Virus record (IMG/VR): IMGVR_UViG_3300034104_002622
Location: 1-64,000 of that record
Length of the DNA: 64,000 nucleotides
Source of the DNA: a virus
Reading direction: 5' to 3' (one strand)
Under the pieces are notes generated by a model, which ran no database searches, had not been told where the DNA came from, and worked only from the letters and a program-made list of their open reading frames with translations. Below, one piece after another: positions 37,828 through 47,499 of the stretch. Positions within the stretch are counted from its first letter, which is position 1; the number at the start of each line of letters is the position of its first letter. A program made the translations under genes and the position numbers.

Positions 37828-39663
37828 TTATTTCCAAGGACATTCAGAATACATTGGCATTGGACCAGATGGTTTTGATGTGAACCTTTTTGTTTCTTTG
37901 TGAAACCAAAAATTAGTCAATGGTGTTTCTCCTGTAGTTCTTTGCTTTCTTACAATTAATTTTCCGCATGGAGTAGACTCAAAGAATCTTTCAATATCAG
38001 AACTGTCAAAGTCACTGTCAGTCATTTCAGCCATGCGTTCACTTTTTGCCATGTCGCGCCATACTGTGATAATGTTATGTGGCATATCGCCCCACTCTGA
38101 TGCTCCTCGAATTTCTGCCATTCCGGGTGGTTTGGATGTGTTTTCGGGAGGCTTGCGTGGATGAGCTACAATCATTAAATGAACTGGATACTTGGAAACA
38201 AATACACGCAGTCCGTCAATTGCTTCTGCTTGAGCTGTATTATCACCACGGTCAATGTTCATTGTCATTACGTTGTCGATTACAAATGTATCGACTCCAT
38301 AACGTTTATGAGCATGGATGAATGTTGATATTAGGTGTTTTGGGTCAGCTCTCTCCATACTTTTATACATGAACACTAAATTGCTCAGGTGATCATAAGC
38401 CAACTCAAAGTCATCCGTATATGGAAGATTGGGATAAGCTGTGAACTGTGTAAGTATTTGAGAGAAGGTAAGCTCAGGTGGTTGCTCGAATGAAGCAACG
38501 CATACTTGCTTTCCTTTCGCCGCAAGTGATGCAACTTGATTAGCCACAGCAACAGATTTACCATGGAAAGAAAAACCAAACCACAAAGTAATCTCATGCT
38601 TTCTGAATGATAGGTCAAAATTAGGCAAGAAGAATGGATCGCCATCAACAAGATGGTCTCCCTTCATGTAAGAGCGAACACCTTCTCGCATTGATGTTGG
38701 ATCAACAATTTCAGCAATTGGTTCTGGCGCAGTGTTTTCAATCACTGTAGCAATTTCTTTACCTCTGCCAGCACGGAGCATATCATTTGCATCCTTGAGT
38801 GGTAGTGTAACAATAAGGCATCGTTCTTGACCGAGCCTTGCTGCTGCATCTTTTGCTGCTTTCTTACCTGCTTGATCGTTATCAAACAACAATACAATCT
38901 CATCGTAATGAGAAAGAAATTGATAGTCTTCTGTGATCCATTGTGTATTAGAACAACCCATTGGTATGCTTACCGCTGGAATGCCCATTTCCCAACAAGC
39001 CATTGCATCCCATTCGCCTTCAGTAATTACTAGTTTCTGAATGCCGGTATCTGGATCGCAAACATCTTTTCCAAATAAAGACATGATAGGATCGGAGCTT
39101 GTCCATGTATCTTTTTTGCCATCTGGTTTCAACGTAAGCCCCCAATGCTTAATCATGCCAAGCCTTCCATAAGCGTCATAATATGGAAATGAGATTTTCC
39201 CTTGAGCATCTGTGCCTACTCCATACTTAAGCAATGTTTCTTCACTGATCCCGCGATTCTTTGCATATTCAATACAAGATGGGGACAAGGTGCGTATATC
39301 CTTAGCTAATTTTTCTGGGTCTTTTGATTTACTTACAGTTCCAAAGGATTGAATTGGTTTGATGTTAAGGAAGTTAGCAAGCCACTGAAGTCCTTCCTTG
39401 AAAGACATTGACTTGTTGAGTGATACAAGTCTCCATGCTTTTCCTTTTTCCCCTGTAGCGAAATCAATGAAGTAACCAGCATTATTAGCTCGTGTGCTAA
39501 TAAGCATTGAGTCACCTTTTTCACCGTTTATATTACCAATTCGATACCCTTGGCTTTCTCGTTTTGCATTAGGGTAAATGGTAAGAACAAATTCATCTAT
39601 CCTGCTAGCTAATGCGCTTTTGATTTCTTCTAAGTCGTAGAAGCGACCTTCTTGTTCATTCAT
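37828..39663 (-). CDS. T7 gp4/Twinkle-type primase-helicase
   Basis: TOPRIM ITEGEWDA and FDNDQAG; Walker A GFSFHGKS; VIDN, VAHPRK, IRGAS (SF4 motifs). Confidence 0.92.
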   Translation of the reverse strand: MNEQEGRFYDLEEIKSALASRIDEFVLTIYPNAKRESQGYRIGNINGEKGDSMLISTRANNAGYFIDFATGEKGKAWRLVSLNKSMSFKEGLQWLANFLNIKPIQSFGTVSKSKDPEKLAKDIRTLSPSCIEYAKNRGISEETLLKYGVGTDAQGKISFPYYDAYGRLGMIKHWGLTLKPDGKKDTWTSSDPIMSLFGKDVCDPDTGIQKLVITEGEWDAMACWEMGIPAVSIPMGCSNTQWITEDYQFLSHYDEIVLLFDNDQAGKKAAKDAAARLGQERCLIVTLPLKDANDMLRAGRGKEIATVIENTAPEPIAEIVDPTSMREGVRSYMKGDHLVDGDPFFLPNFDLSFRKHEITLWFGFSFHGKSVAVANQVASLAAKGKQVCVASFEQPPELTFSQILTQFTAYPNLPYTDDFELAYDHLSNLVFMYKSMERADPKHLISTFIHAHKRYGVDTFVIDNVMTMNIDRGDNTAQAEAIDGLRVFVSKYPVHLMIVAHPRKPPENTSKPPGMAEIRGASEWGDMPHNIITVWRDMAKSERMAEMTDSDFDSSDIERFFESTPCGKLIVRKQRTTGETPLTNFWFHKETKRFTSKPSGPMPMYSECPWK

Positions 39664-40015
39664 GTGTTGAGTTGTTGATTTGTTGAATTTTCTCGCCTAC
39701 AATAACCATTGAATCAGCGAGCGTAGGATTGCCTGTTATTGATGAATGTGTGGCAATTACATTCATTATGATGTTTACTCCATAGCTTTCAGCTATAGCC
39801 ATAGAAACAATAAAATCTCTTACGCTTTTATTTAAGCTTTCTACAATTTCATGGTCTGGCTTATTGATTATTTTTTCTATCCGAGTCCTAATTTTTGGAC
39901 TCATTACTAAAGCTATAGCAATTTCATTTTGTATAGCTTGAGTAAATTGCGTCATTCCAAACATCATTTCCTCAAAGCTTTCATTTTCATTAGCTTCTTG
40001 AATGTATTCTGACAT
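39656..40015 (-). CDS. Hypothetical protein
   Basis: 119-aa ORF overlapping the helicase start. Confidence 0.6.
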   Translation of the reverse strand: MSEYIQEANENESFEEMMFGMTQFTQAIQNEIAIALVMSPKIRTRIEKIINKPDHEIVESLNKSVRDFIVSMAIAESYGVNIIMNVIATHSSITGNPTLADSMVIVGEKIQQINNSTHE

Positions 40016-40021
40016 TTGAAA

Positions 40022-41032
40022 TTAAGCTTTGCTTTTTTTGATTTCTACAGGTTCTCCGTTATTTGCTCTTGCTGTCCAGTTTTTTAAGTCGATTACAACT
40101 TTACCTTGCGGGATAGATGATGCGGTTCCGCTAATGCGTCTCCAACCATCATCAAAAACAAGATAGGTTACTTTGTTTGATTTGTGCGCTAGAATAAGGT
40201 TTTCTGCTTGTTGCTTGCTTCGGATGTTTTTAATCACCTGATCGTCTCCCATAGTCTTGACGATGCAGGCTAGGTGGCGAATTGGTTTTGGTCCAAGCTT
40301 GAACACTTCTGCCTTGTGAAGAATTAGATGCTTTGATTCATCTGGAATCTTTTGATGGAACGCTTCTTTGTGGGATGAGAATGACAGCTTGTAACGCTTT
40401 TTCTTGAATGCACGATAGACGCTAACGGTTGTCCAGATGGTATTCAAGGATTTGTCTGTGGTTTCTGCTACTTGTCCTACTTCGAAGTTTTCTCCATGCA
40501 GATTTTCAAGCTCATCAATGATTGATCCAAGCATCCATGAGGTCTTGTCTTCCATTTTAGGAGCTAGGTCGCGTAGCTTCAGGACGTTTGCAACTACTTC
40601 GTATGACTCAATAAGTGAAGGAGGTGAGCTTTTGTTAATCGTGCAAATTCCATCTTCGGTAATAATGAAGCTTCCAGTTTTGGTTTCGGACATGGCTTGC
40701 ATCAAAGAAATTGCAGCGTGTTCAACAATGTCGTCTTCTTCGCTTACAGGGAGCGGTTCTAGGCTTTCTTGCTCTTCTTTGGGGCTTTCTACCACGGACT
40801 CTTCTTGAGCTTCCTCAGAGGGCTTTTCTGGCTCAAGAGAAATGTTATCTACCATTTGGCCGATTCTTTGTCGGATGGTTCCTGTGTATGAAGCCCAATT
40901 TGGGAATCCGTCTTCTTGCATTTGCTCAATGACTTCAGCAACAGTGTCGTAAGGAACACGGAATCTTTCTGAAAGATCGGAAAAATCTTCTGGTTGGATA
41001 AGGCAGTTTTGGTAATATAGTGGTTTGTTCAT
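40022..41032 (-). CDS. Hypothetical protein (possible DNA-binding)
   Basis: 336 aa; WMLG...VYRAF...LSFSSHKE pattern. Confidence 0.65.
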   Translation of the reverse strand: MNKPLYYQNCLIQPEDFSDLSERFRVPYDTVAEVIEQMQEDGFPNWASYTGTIRQRIGQMVDNISLEPEKPSEEAQEESVVESPKEEQESLEPLPVSEEDDIVEHAAISLMQAMSETKTGSFIITEDGICTINKSSPPSLIESYEVVANVLKLRDLAPKMEDKTSWMLGSIIDELENLHGENFEVGQVAETTDKSLNTIWTTVSVYRAFKKKRYKLSFSSHKEAFHQKIPDESKHLILHKAEVFKLGPKPIRHLACIVKTMGDDQVIKNIRSKQQAENLILAHKSNKVTYLVFDDGWRRISGTASSIPQGKVVIDLKNWTARANNGEPVEIKKSKA

Positions 41033-41083
41033 TTGTTATTTTGGTGAGAATGAAAACGGTCAATATGGTATTGATCAGTTTGT

Positions 41084-41338
41084 TTAGTTGTCGATTTTAT
41101 AATGGGTGATTACAAAGTCCTCACCTGTTTCTTTGCCAAGTGACTCAGCGATTTCGGACTCGGTTAACCCGTAAAAGAAGATGCTGTCGTCATCCTCTTC
41201 GATGTCATTGGATTGGGATATGACATACCCCTCGAACTTGGTGCGGTCGTTTACCCAGTAGCCATCTACGATGATGTGAGGGAGGCCCCAGCAGTCATCT
41301 ACGATGATGTGAGGGAGGAGTGTAATGGTGTTGCTCAT
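41084..41338 (-). CDS. Hypothetical protein with an 11-aa tandem duplication
   Basis: LPHIIVDDCWG-LPHIIVDGYWV. Confidence 0.65.
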   Translation of the reverse strand: MSNTITLLPHIIVDDCWGLPHIIVDGYWVNDRTKFEGYVISQSNDIEEDDDSIFFYGLTESEIAESLGKETGEDFVITHYKIDN

Positions 41339-41352
41339 ATTTTTAGTCAAGG

Positions 41353-41568
41353 CTAAAAGAATTTTACTTCTGGGGGTTCATCGACTTTATAAGAATCGCA
41401 ATACCCAAATGCTTCGGTAATGTCTTCTGACTTGTTTGCATAGGCTAATGTTAAATCTACAATTCTTTTTTGCAGTCCAGCAATTAATTGAATTGCTGGG
41501 ACATCTTCAGGTAGCTCCCAAGGTCCTTCGACCGTGAAAGCTACGTCGAACATAAAGTTGGTTTTCAT
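41353..41568 (-). CDS. Hypothetical protein
   Basis: Start MKTNFM overlaps the upstream stop (ATGA). Confidence 0.6.
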   Translation of the reverse strand: MKTNFMFDVAFTVEGPWELPEDVPAIQLIAGLQKRIVDLTLAYANKSEDITEAFGYCDSYKVDEPPEVKFF

Positions 41569-41855
41569 GGCTTTTGTCCAGTGGCTAGGTTGATGGCGGA
41601 GCGAGCAAGCTTGACGGCGGCTGCGGAGTCGTCGTCGTATTGTTCGTGGGCGCAAAACATGGAATACATTTCCTGAAGCGCCGAAAGAAGGTCAGGGCTG
41701 GACGCTATAAGGCGGGCGTTGGCTTCAATATTACAAGGAGTGATAATTGCAAGATGGCTTTTGTCTTTTGCGACAATGTGCGTTGTAATGCAAAATTCTC
41801 CTTGTTTTGTTCGATTTTCAATTCCCCATGGTCCGGGCGTGAATGAGGTTTTCAT
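41565..41855 (-). CDS. Conserved phage hypothetical protein
   Basis: TPGPW...EANARLIASSPDLL family motif. Confidence 0.75.
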   Translation of the reverse strand: MKTSFTPGPWGIENRTKQGEFCITTHIVAKDKSHLAIITPCNIEANARLIASSPDLLSALQEMYSMFCAHEQYDDDSAAAVKLARSAINLATGQKP

Positions 41856-42010
41856 AAAGTATTATTTTTAGATTTTCCATCCGAAGAAAGTATTTGGATT
41901 AGATGCTTCTCTAAAAAATCCAAAGCGTTTGTCGTCTTGGTATCCAAGAAAAATAGCTAATGTGCCATCAGACAGGATAATTTGATCATTTATGTTCATA
42001 GATTCAGAGT

Positions 42011-42280
42011 TTAATTAAGTGGCGAGTTGTCTGAAGCCCACGCTTGAAAGAATGTGATTTTGTCTCTAATCTTCATTAAAGAGTTAATCATTGTGCAGAT
42101 TGCTTCTTTTGAGGCTTTAGCTTCTTTTAAGCACAATTCTTCATTGTTATCATAATCGCCAGCTCTATACGCATTGCGAAGACTTGCTGTGATAAACGAT
42201 AAGTCATGAATTAAATCATATCCGTCTAGTCTCGCCTCTCCAAGAAGATCAGCGCATGGAAATTCTTTTTTTTTCTTCAT
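42011..42280 (-). CDS. Hypothetical protein
   Basis: 89-aa ORF in operon. Confidence 0.6.
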   Translation of the reverse strand: MKKKKEFPCADLLGEARLDGYDLIHDLSFITASLRNAYRAGDYDNNEELCLKEAKASKEAICTMINSLMKIRDKITFFQAWASDNSPLN

Positions 42281-42283
42281 GAT

Positions 42284-43291
42284 TTAAACGGTTAGCATTT
42301 CTTCGGTAAGGAGCTTTTCACCATGTCTTACATGGCGTGTCCAGTCTTTCTCCAGTCCGGCAATTGCGAGCGTTTTTACTTGAGCCGATGTTCCCCACTC
42401 TGAGGAGTAGTATTGAGAGCCATTGCTTTTGCGGTTGGAAGATTCATGACTATGGAACTCTGTGAGGGCTGAGAATGCGTCAAGGCGTGTGCGTCCTACG
42501 TTTCCTCGTCCACCAGTGAACAGTTCCATCATTCTTGCTCCTTTTTGTTTGAGTCCGTTGGAGAGATTTTCAGTATTCCGCCCTTCGATACCAGTGAGCC
42601 ATGCGCGAGCTTCGTCTGGTGAGCATACTGTGCGATCAGCCTGACTCAAGACTTCTTGGTAAACTTTACTTGTTCCCATGAAGTTTTTCATGGCTACAAC
42701 AAGCCGTTCGATGTTTACATCAAGGTTGAGTGTGTGCTTGGCTTTACCGATGGTCTGTCCGGTTTGCATGGATGCTGCGAACGTATTGGCGCAAACTACG
42801 CAGATATTGGTGTAGCGGGCTTGGAAGCTAGTGCTTTTGTCGTAGGAGTCGATTACTGTGATAAAGTCGTTGAACTCACGATCACCGATCTTGAATCCAT
42901 CTGTTACTTTAAGAGAGGCAAATAGCTTGCAGCGGTTGTCTACCGTGCCAGCGGAAGCAATCTCGAACGGAATTTCCTCCATTCCTTTAGCAATGACGTT
43001 CCAGAACGTCTCTACCGTGGAGGGGTGGTAGCTGCTACCATACGGTTCTCCGATTGGGAGAAAATCGTCATTAGCAATGAGTTGCTTGAACTCAGGGGAT
43101 TCGATCATCACGTCCTGATAAAAGTCAGGAATTGTGTCGTGTGGCTTTTGCACTTTGTAGTAGATAGGGCTTTCTACTACGTCGAATGGCATGGAGTTTT
43201 CCCGTGTTACCGTATCTACGATGGTAGTTAGTCCGTGCCAAGCTTGTGTTGATGCTGCTTGAATGTCGCGTTCAGTTATATTGTGGCTCAT
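42284..43291 (-). CDS. DUF932-family protein
   Basis: AWHGL, SYD, VVCANT, KHT, ALTEFHSH motifs. Confidence 0.85.
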   Translation of the reverse strand: MSHNITERDIQAASTQAWHGLTTIVDTVTRENSMPFDVVESPIYYKVQKPHDTIPDFYQDVMIESPEFKQLIANDDFLPIGEPYGSSYHPSTVETFWNVIAKGMEEIPFEIASAGTVDNRCKLFASLKVTDGFKIGDREFNDFITVIDSYDKSTSFQARYTNICVVCANTFAASMQTGQTIGKAKHTLNLDVNIERLVVAMKNFMGTSKVYQEVLSQADRTVCSPDEARAWLTGIEGRNTENLSNGLKQKGARMMELFTGGRGNVGRTRLDAFSALTEFHSHESSNRKSNGSQYYSSEWGTSAQVKTLAIAGLEKDWTRHVRHGEKLLTEEMLTV

Positions 43292-43318
43292 TGTTGTTTG
43301 TTTTTTTCTTGGTTGTTG

Positions 43319-43537
43319 TTATTGAGAGTGTTTGTTTTTTATTTGTTTTCCTATTTCCGGATCATCTAGCATGACCACAGCTTCTAGGATAGAGTAAATT
43401 CCTGCTCTAGCTACTTGCCAGTAAGGTTCGCCTAAGCGTTGTGTGATGGGTTCATAGATGCTCCAAACTTCTTGATATGCTCGGAACAAAGCGTGTGCTT
43501 CTGAAGATAGATGATTAGGAAGATGTAGTTCATTCAT
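43319..43537 (-). CDS. Hypothetical protein
   Basis: 72 aa, directly downstream of a GAA hairpin element. Confidence 0.6.
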   Translation of the reverse strand: MNELHLPNHLSSEAHALFRAYQEVWSIYEPITQRLGEPYWQVARAGIYSILEAVVMLDDPEIGKQIKNKHSQ

Positions 43538-43542
43538 AAATA

Positions 43543-43560
43543 CCTCCAGCCCGAAGGGCT
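43543..43560 (-). promoter_or_regulatory. GAA-triloop hairpin element (N4-like promoter candidate), copy 1 of 5
   Basis: + strand CCTCC-AGCCC-GAA-GGGCT; other copies at 47505-47524, 52254-52272, 61742-61759, 63540-63557. Confidence 0.5.
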
Positions 43561-43974
43561 CTATGAAAGCAGCTTGTTAAACTGTCTTCCGATACGTTCT
43601 TGCGCTGTTATTTCGCCGTGGCACTTTTTGCAGACGACACGAAATCCTTCTGCGGGACAAAACAGCCTCTGAATAAACCGATCCCATGAGACGAATCCTT
43701 CTGATCCGACAACTGGGATGATATGATCCGCTTGAACAGCGTTTTGGGGGAATAGATTTCCGCATACGGAGCATTTGTGTAGCTTGCATTTGCGCCCAGT
43801 GGCGGGGTTGATTCCGTGCTCGACGAAGGCAAGGTTGATAGCTCGGTATTTCTCGGGCCACCTAGCTCCTCGCAAGGCGCTTTTGATAAAGCTAATGTAT
43901 CTTGCTTCTGTCCATTCTCCATTGCAGTAGGGGCGTTCGATGTCGGTTCTTTTTTTTGTCGATTTTTTAGCCAT
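43561..43974 (-). CDS. HNH endonuclease
   Basis: CSVC...ADHIIPV...CKKCH. Confidence 0.85.
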   Translation of the reverse strand: MAKKSTKKRTDIERPYCNGEWTEARYISFIKSALRGARWPEKYRAINLAFVEHGINPATGRKCKLHKCSVCGNLFPQNAVQADHIIPVVGSEGFVSWDRFIQRLFCPAEGFRVVCKKCHGEITAQERIGRQFNKLLS

Positions 43975-43984
43975 GACTAAATAA

Positions 43985-44390
43985 AAAGTGAAGCCAGTTA
44001 CCGTATCTGGCGCTAGCTTGACGCTACTAGCGGTTTCATAAATACCACATATTTCAGAGGGTTTCTTAGTTTATGCTTAAGGCAACGTCTTTCCGTTGTG
44101 TCACTATTTTACCAGCTTTTGTCAATTGTTTTGACGCATTTTCGGACTACTGGTTTCCGAGCCGTGCCTTCCGTCTCGTTGCGGCTATGCGCTTCCGTTT
44201 ATGATCCCAAGGGAGCTTATACAGGGACGACGCAGAAATTGTCCAGCTTACCGTTTACTGGGACGGCATTACGCTCCGTCGGTTCCGTTTCAATCCTTGG
44301 AGCACCATGCAACTCTAGGTATTTATCCGTATTCTCGTTTTACCGTAGTCTCTTGGTTCTATCTGCTGCACGGTTAACACAACAGCAAGA
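43985..44390 (-). ncRNA. Candidate structured ncRNA with repeated ACGG(A/T) motifs
   Basis: No credible ORF; 10 ACGG copies on the - strand, several in hairpin loops; ends in a stem plus U-tract. Confidence 0.55.
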
Positions 44391-44392
44391 GA

Positions 44393-44863
44393 TTATTCTG
44401 CTTTTGCACCTTGAAGCATTGCATTGGCAGCGAAAGTGAATGCTACTTCTGCAAGTTCAGGGCGTTCTTTGCGGATCATGTAATCGGCTGCTCTTATTCC
44501 AGTTTCAAGACATTCTTTGATTGTTGGCTTCTCAACTGGCTTTTGGATGTCTTCAGGCTTAACTGCTACTGCTCCTTCAGGTTTTGATAGCTCATCACAA
44601 TTAAGACTTGCTGATCCATTGAAGGTGTTTTTTGTAAACCTTCCTCGCAGTGTCAGTGTTTCTCCTAGTGGTAGTTTCCATTCAGCGGCTGTTTCCCACA
44701 TTGTCATGAACATTTCGTCTGATCCGCTTTTCAATACTACGGATGAGAAGATTTTATTGTTCTTTGCTGTTTTGGGATTGAACTGCTTGTGAATGGTTAC
44801 TGGGCCAATTGAAATGAATGTCTCTCCATCTTTGGCCGAGGCTACTTGGTGGAGAGTGCTCAT
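44393..44863 (-). CDS. OB-fold ssDNA-binding-like protein
   Basis: VVLKSGSDEMFMTMW...LGETLTLRG OB-like pattern; lies next to recombination genes. Confidence 0.55.
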   Translation of the reverse strand: MSTLHQVASAKDGETFISIGPVTIHKQFNPKTAKNNKIFSSVVLKSGSDEMFMTMWETAAEWKLPLGETLTLRGRFTKNTFNGSASLNCDELSKPEGAVAVKPEDIQKPVEKPTIKECLETGIRAADYMIRKERPELAEVAFTFAANAMLQGAKAE

Positions 44864-45157
44864 TTAGAATGCTTCTTCTGAACTGCCGCTATTTGCTGCA
44901 ATTTCTTTTGCTGTTTTGATGTCACCTTTTGAAAACACAACCTTACCATTACCTAGATAGGTTTTGGTTTTCTTTGCTTCGCGATCTTCTTGGCTTTGAG
45001 AAAGCTGAACGGATACGTTATTTCCATAATTGTCATTCTTGTCATCGACAAAAATGGACAAAGGAATGAATGTGGCGGTTTTACCTTTGATCATTTGATC
45101 TTCGGTGAGTTTTGCGATGTCTTCTTTTTTGATGCTGGCGCTAATAATAAGTCCCAT
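44864..45157 (-). CDS. Small phage SSB-like protein
   Basis: DNYGNN...QSQEDREAK...YLGNGK; acidic/aromatic C-terminus EEAF. Confidence 0.7.
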   Translation of the reverse strand: MGLIISASIKKEDIAKLTEDQMIKGKTATFIPLSIFVDDKNDNYGNNVSVQLSQSQEDREAKKTKTYLGNGKVVFSKGDIKTAKEIAANSGSSEEAF

Positions 45158-45185
45158 ATTTTTGTTTTTCTTGTTTGTTTGTTGT

Positions 45186-45776
45186 TTACTTAATGAAAAC
45201 TGAAGCGCATTCTGAATAAGCTGCGACTACGAGTGGTTCTTTCCCATAGGGAGTGTTTCTGGCTTTTTCCATCTTGGCATTTAGATCCTCTAAGGATTTT
45301 TGGATCTTAAAGGATTCGATGATTTTGTCCATCATTCCGTCACTTTTTTGCGAGGTGGCTTTACTTTGATCAGAATTGTCCTTTCCGTGCGTTTCCGTAG
45401 CGTCTGCGTCTTTGGTGTCATCAATGCAGAACAAGCCGTTCAGGGCGTATTTACGGGCGTAGGAGGAGCAAGCGCCCGTCACTTGAGCGTCATCCATACC
45501 TTTTTTGCTTTCAGCTTCACGAGCAAATGCTGTGGTGGAGATGCTTTCTCCTGCATGAGTGAATGTTGCTGTAGCTTTTACGTAAACACGCCCACCAACT
45601 TCAACAATTTCATCGCTGATGGTTAGGATTGCGTCCACTGCATGAAGAAATGGCTTGAGGGCTTCAAGAATTCCCTCTGCGGATCTGTATTTGTAATTTC
45701 CAAATTTGTTCTCAAGGTTTTTTGGAGCGTTGAGGTCAACTTGGATTGTTCTTAGTTTGTCTGCTGCTTTTTGCAT
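45186..45776 (-). CDS. erf: ERF-family single-strand annealing protein
   Basis: NKFGNYKYRSAE...KKGMDDAQVTGACSSYARKYALNGLF. Confidence 0.9.
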   Translation of the reverse strand: MQKAADKLRTIQVDLNAPKNLENKFGNYKYRSAEGILEALKPFLHAVDAILTISDEIVEVGGRVYVKATATFTHAGESISTTAFAREAESKKGMDDAQVTGACSSYARKYALNGLFCIDDTKDADATETHGKDNSDQSKATSQKSDGMMDKIIESFKIQKSLEDLNAKMEKARNTPYGKEPLVVAAYSECASVFIK

Positions 45777-45855
45777 TTATTTATTTGTTTTGATTTAGTT
45801 AAGGCTAAAATATATTCGAACAGTTCGATACACTGAACGCTGCGCATCAGTGATC

Positions 45856-46059
45856 TTAGCTGTTATCCAAAGAAATCAGCAGTTTGGCGGCGCGTTCCAG
45901 TTCAGGATTGAGCCAGTCCCTCTTTTGCGGTAGATCCGTAAGGATGTTGCGAATCACATAGAGCGCATCCGCTAGGCGGTCAGCGGCTTCATTCGATGGG
46001 CGATAGACTCCCGAGCTATTGTCTCGGAGCCATTTGATTAGTTCAGCGTTTGATTTCAT
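45856..46059 (-). CDS. Cassette-borne hypothetical protein
   Basis: 67 aa; ends LDNS* inside an attC. Confidence 0.7.
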   Translation of the reverse strand: MKSNAELIKWLRDNSSGVYRPSNEAADRLADALYVIRNILTDLPQKRDWLNPELERAAKLLISLDNS

Positions 46060-46114
46060 AATTTCGGAAGATGGATAACAAGTTTGTAGAGGCGACGACG
46101 GGCAGCGTCCCCAT

Positions 46115-46354
46115 TCAGGTTGGTAGTCCTTTCCCGTCGTCGCGCCTCACATCGGCGTTAGCGGAAGATTTCAGAATGGCTTCCAGTTTCCATTTAACGT
46201 GATAGAACCAGTCCTGACTGATCCGCCCTGAGAAGGTTGCCATGTCTCCATCGTCCTCAACGTCCGAGTAGTCCAACTCGTCAAGAATCCCGAAGATCGC
46301 TAACAAGTCATGCGAGGCAACCTCTACAACGTCTTTTGGTGGATTCTGGCTCAT
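46115..46354 (-). CDS. Cassette-borne hypothetical protein
   Basis: 79 aa; starts in one attC and stops in the next. Confidence 0.65.
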   Translation of the reverse strand: MSQNPPKDVVEVASHDLLAIFGILDELDYSDVEDDGDMATFSGRISQDWFYHVKWKLEAILKSSANADVRRDDGKGLPT

Positions 46355-46641
46355 GCGTTCGGTGCCTCCATATTTGCGTTAGGCAGAATTAAATCTTCAC
46401 GTTCGCGCCAGAATGCCAGTTGTTCAGACCAATCGCCGGCAAACATCTCCAACGGATATATTTCGTCGTTTTTCCGGTGCAGTTCCCTCCATGAGGATTC
46501 AAAATCCTCAAGGGATTTGAGTTGCTCAAATATAAACTCGTCTAACGTCAAAGAATGCCGAACAAGACGTGAGACGCAATCCCCACTAGTCTCCTGTTGG
46601 GTTAGGGTTTTCTGCTTCGGTGGTGATTTATCGTTTGGCAT
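46351..46641 (-). CDS. Cassette-borne hypothetical protein
   Basis: 96 aa; starts and stops in attC loops; ATGA overlap at 46351-46354. Confidence 0.7.
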   Translation of the reverse strand: MPNDKSPPKQKTLTQQETSGDCVSRLVRHSLTLDEFIFEQLKSLEDFESSWRELHRKNDEIYPLEMFAGDWSEQLAFWREREDLILPNANMEAPNA

Positions 46642-46903
46642 GGTCTTGGGGTATAAGTGGTGGGGATGCGTCTACATTGACGTTCGTAGGTGAGAATTGC
46701 AGTTCATCCAGCATATCGCTTGGATTGTTATTTCCGTTTGCCATCGCTTCAATCCATCGCGCTGGGTCAATCGTTGCGGTGTGCTTCCATCCTTTATCTA
46801 AAAGTTTTGCTTCTACTTCTTGAAGCTCTTGGTCTGAGTAACATTTTATCATTCCATCAAGAGCGTAAATAAAAAGCATTCGATCTAATCTAATTGTTTT
46901 CAT
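46628..46903 (-). CDS. Hypothetical protein ending in attC of array 1
   Basis: Likely start MKTIRL; GWKHTATIDP motif. Confidence 0.65.
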   Translation of the reverse strand: MKTIRLDRMLFIYALDGMIKCYSDQELQEVEAKLLDKGWKHTATIDPARWIEAMANGNNNPSDMLDELQFSPTNVNVDASPPLIPQDHAKR

Positions 46904-47144
46904 GTGTTTTGGGTTTTGCTGGTAAAACATTAAATATTTCAACTACTGGCTTTCCTGTCTCTGGATGACTAATCATTTTAAACTCAACATCAAATTTTTT
47001 GATGCGTTCTCTAAAGTTATAAGCCATGTCAAAATCTGGAAACTCAACGTAAAGGTTAGAGTCGCGTTGGCTTACTTCTTCTTCAAGTCCAGAGTCTTCT
47101 AAAGCTCGCTGAAGGTAATAAGGTAAGTATTGGATGACACTCAT
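46890..47144 (-). CDS. Hypothetical protein
   Basis: 84 aa, coupled to neighbours. Confidence 0.6.
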   Translation of the reverse strand: MSVIQYLPYYLQRALEDSGLEEEVSQRDSNLYVEFPDFDMAYNFRERIKKFDVEFKMISHPETGKPVVEIFNVLPAKPKTHENN

Positions 47145-47494
47145 TTTTTAAGTTGTTTTAGGTTTTCGATGAATTGCGCTGCTTCTGTTGCTGTTACCGT
47201 AATGTTAGAGCCGGGGTCGATAGTTGTTTGTGCTCCTCCTGTCCAAGAGTTGCCTATTCGTTTAGCTGGAGAAGGCATAGACATTATCTTCCAATGGACA
47301 ACTGAGCATTCTGATACTTTCCATGAATAGGGATTACCAGCTTGCCATTCATGATAGATGGCTGATGCCGACTGTTTAAGTGACCATTCAACCACTTTAT
47401 TTTCTTTAAGTAGTTCTTGGGTGTAACGCATAGCATTTAGCCAAAGCTTCTGCTTGGCTACTTGATGCAGCGATTCGATTAGATTCACACTCAT
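47141..47494 (-). CDS. Hypothetical protein
   Basis: Likely start MSVNLI, just downstream of a GAA hairpin. Confidence 0.6.
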   Translation of the reverse strand: MSVNLIESLHQVAKQKLWLNAMRYTQELLKENKVVEWSLKQSASAIYHEWQAGNPYSWKVSECSVVHWKIMSMPSPAKRIGNSWTGGAQTTIDPGSNITVTATEAAQFIENLKQLKK

Positions 47495-47499
47495 GACAA

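Larger units (their letters stand above)
45815..46688 (+). mobile_element. attC cassette array 1 (4 attC sites, 3 cassettes)
   Basis: attC at 45815-45868, 46073-46163, 46298-46384, 46557-46688; cassette ends GTTATCC/GGATAAC, GTTAGCG/CGCTAAC, GTTAGGC/GCCGAAC. Confidence 0.9.

Noticed and set aside
44081-44124. sigma70 promoter on - strand (TTGACA...TAAAAT)
   Set aside because: The spacing between the hexamers is only 8 nt
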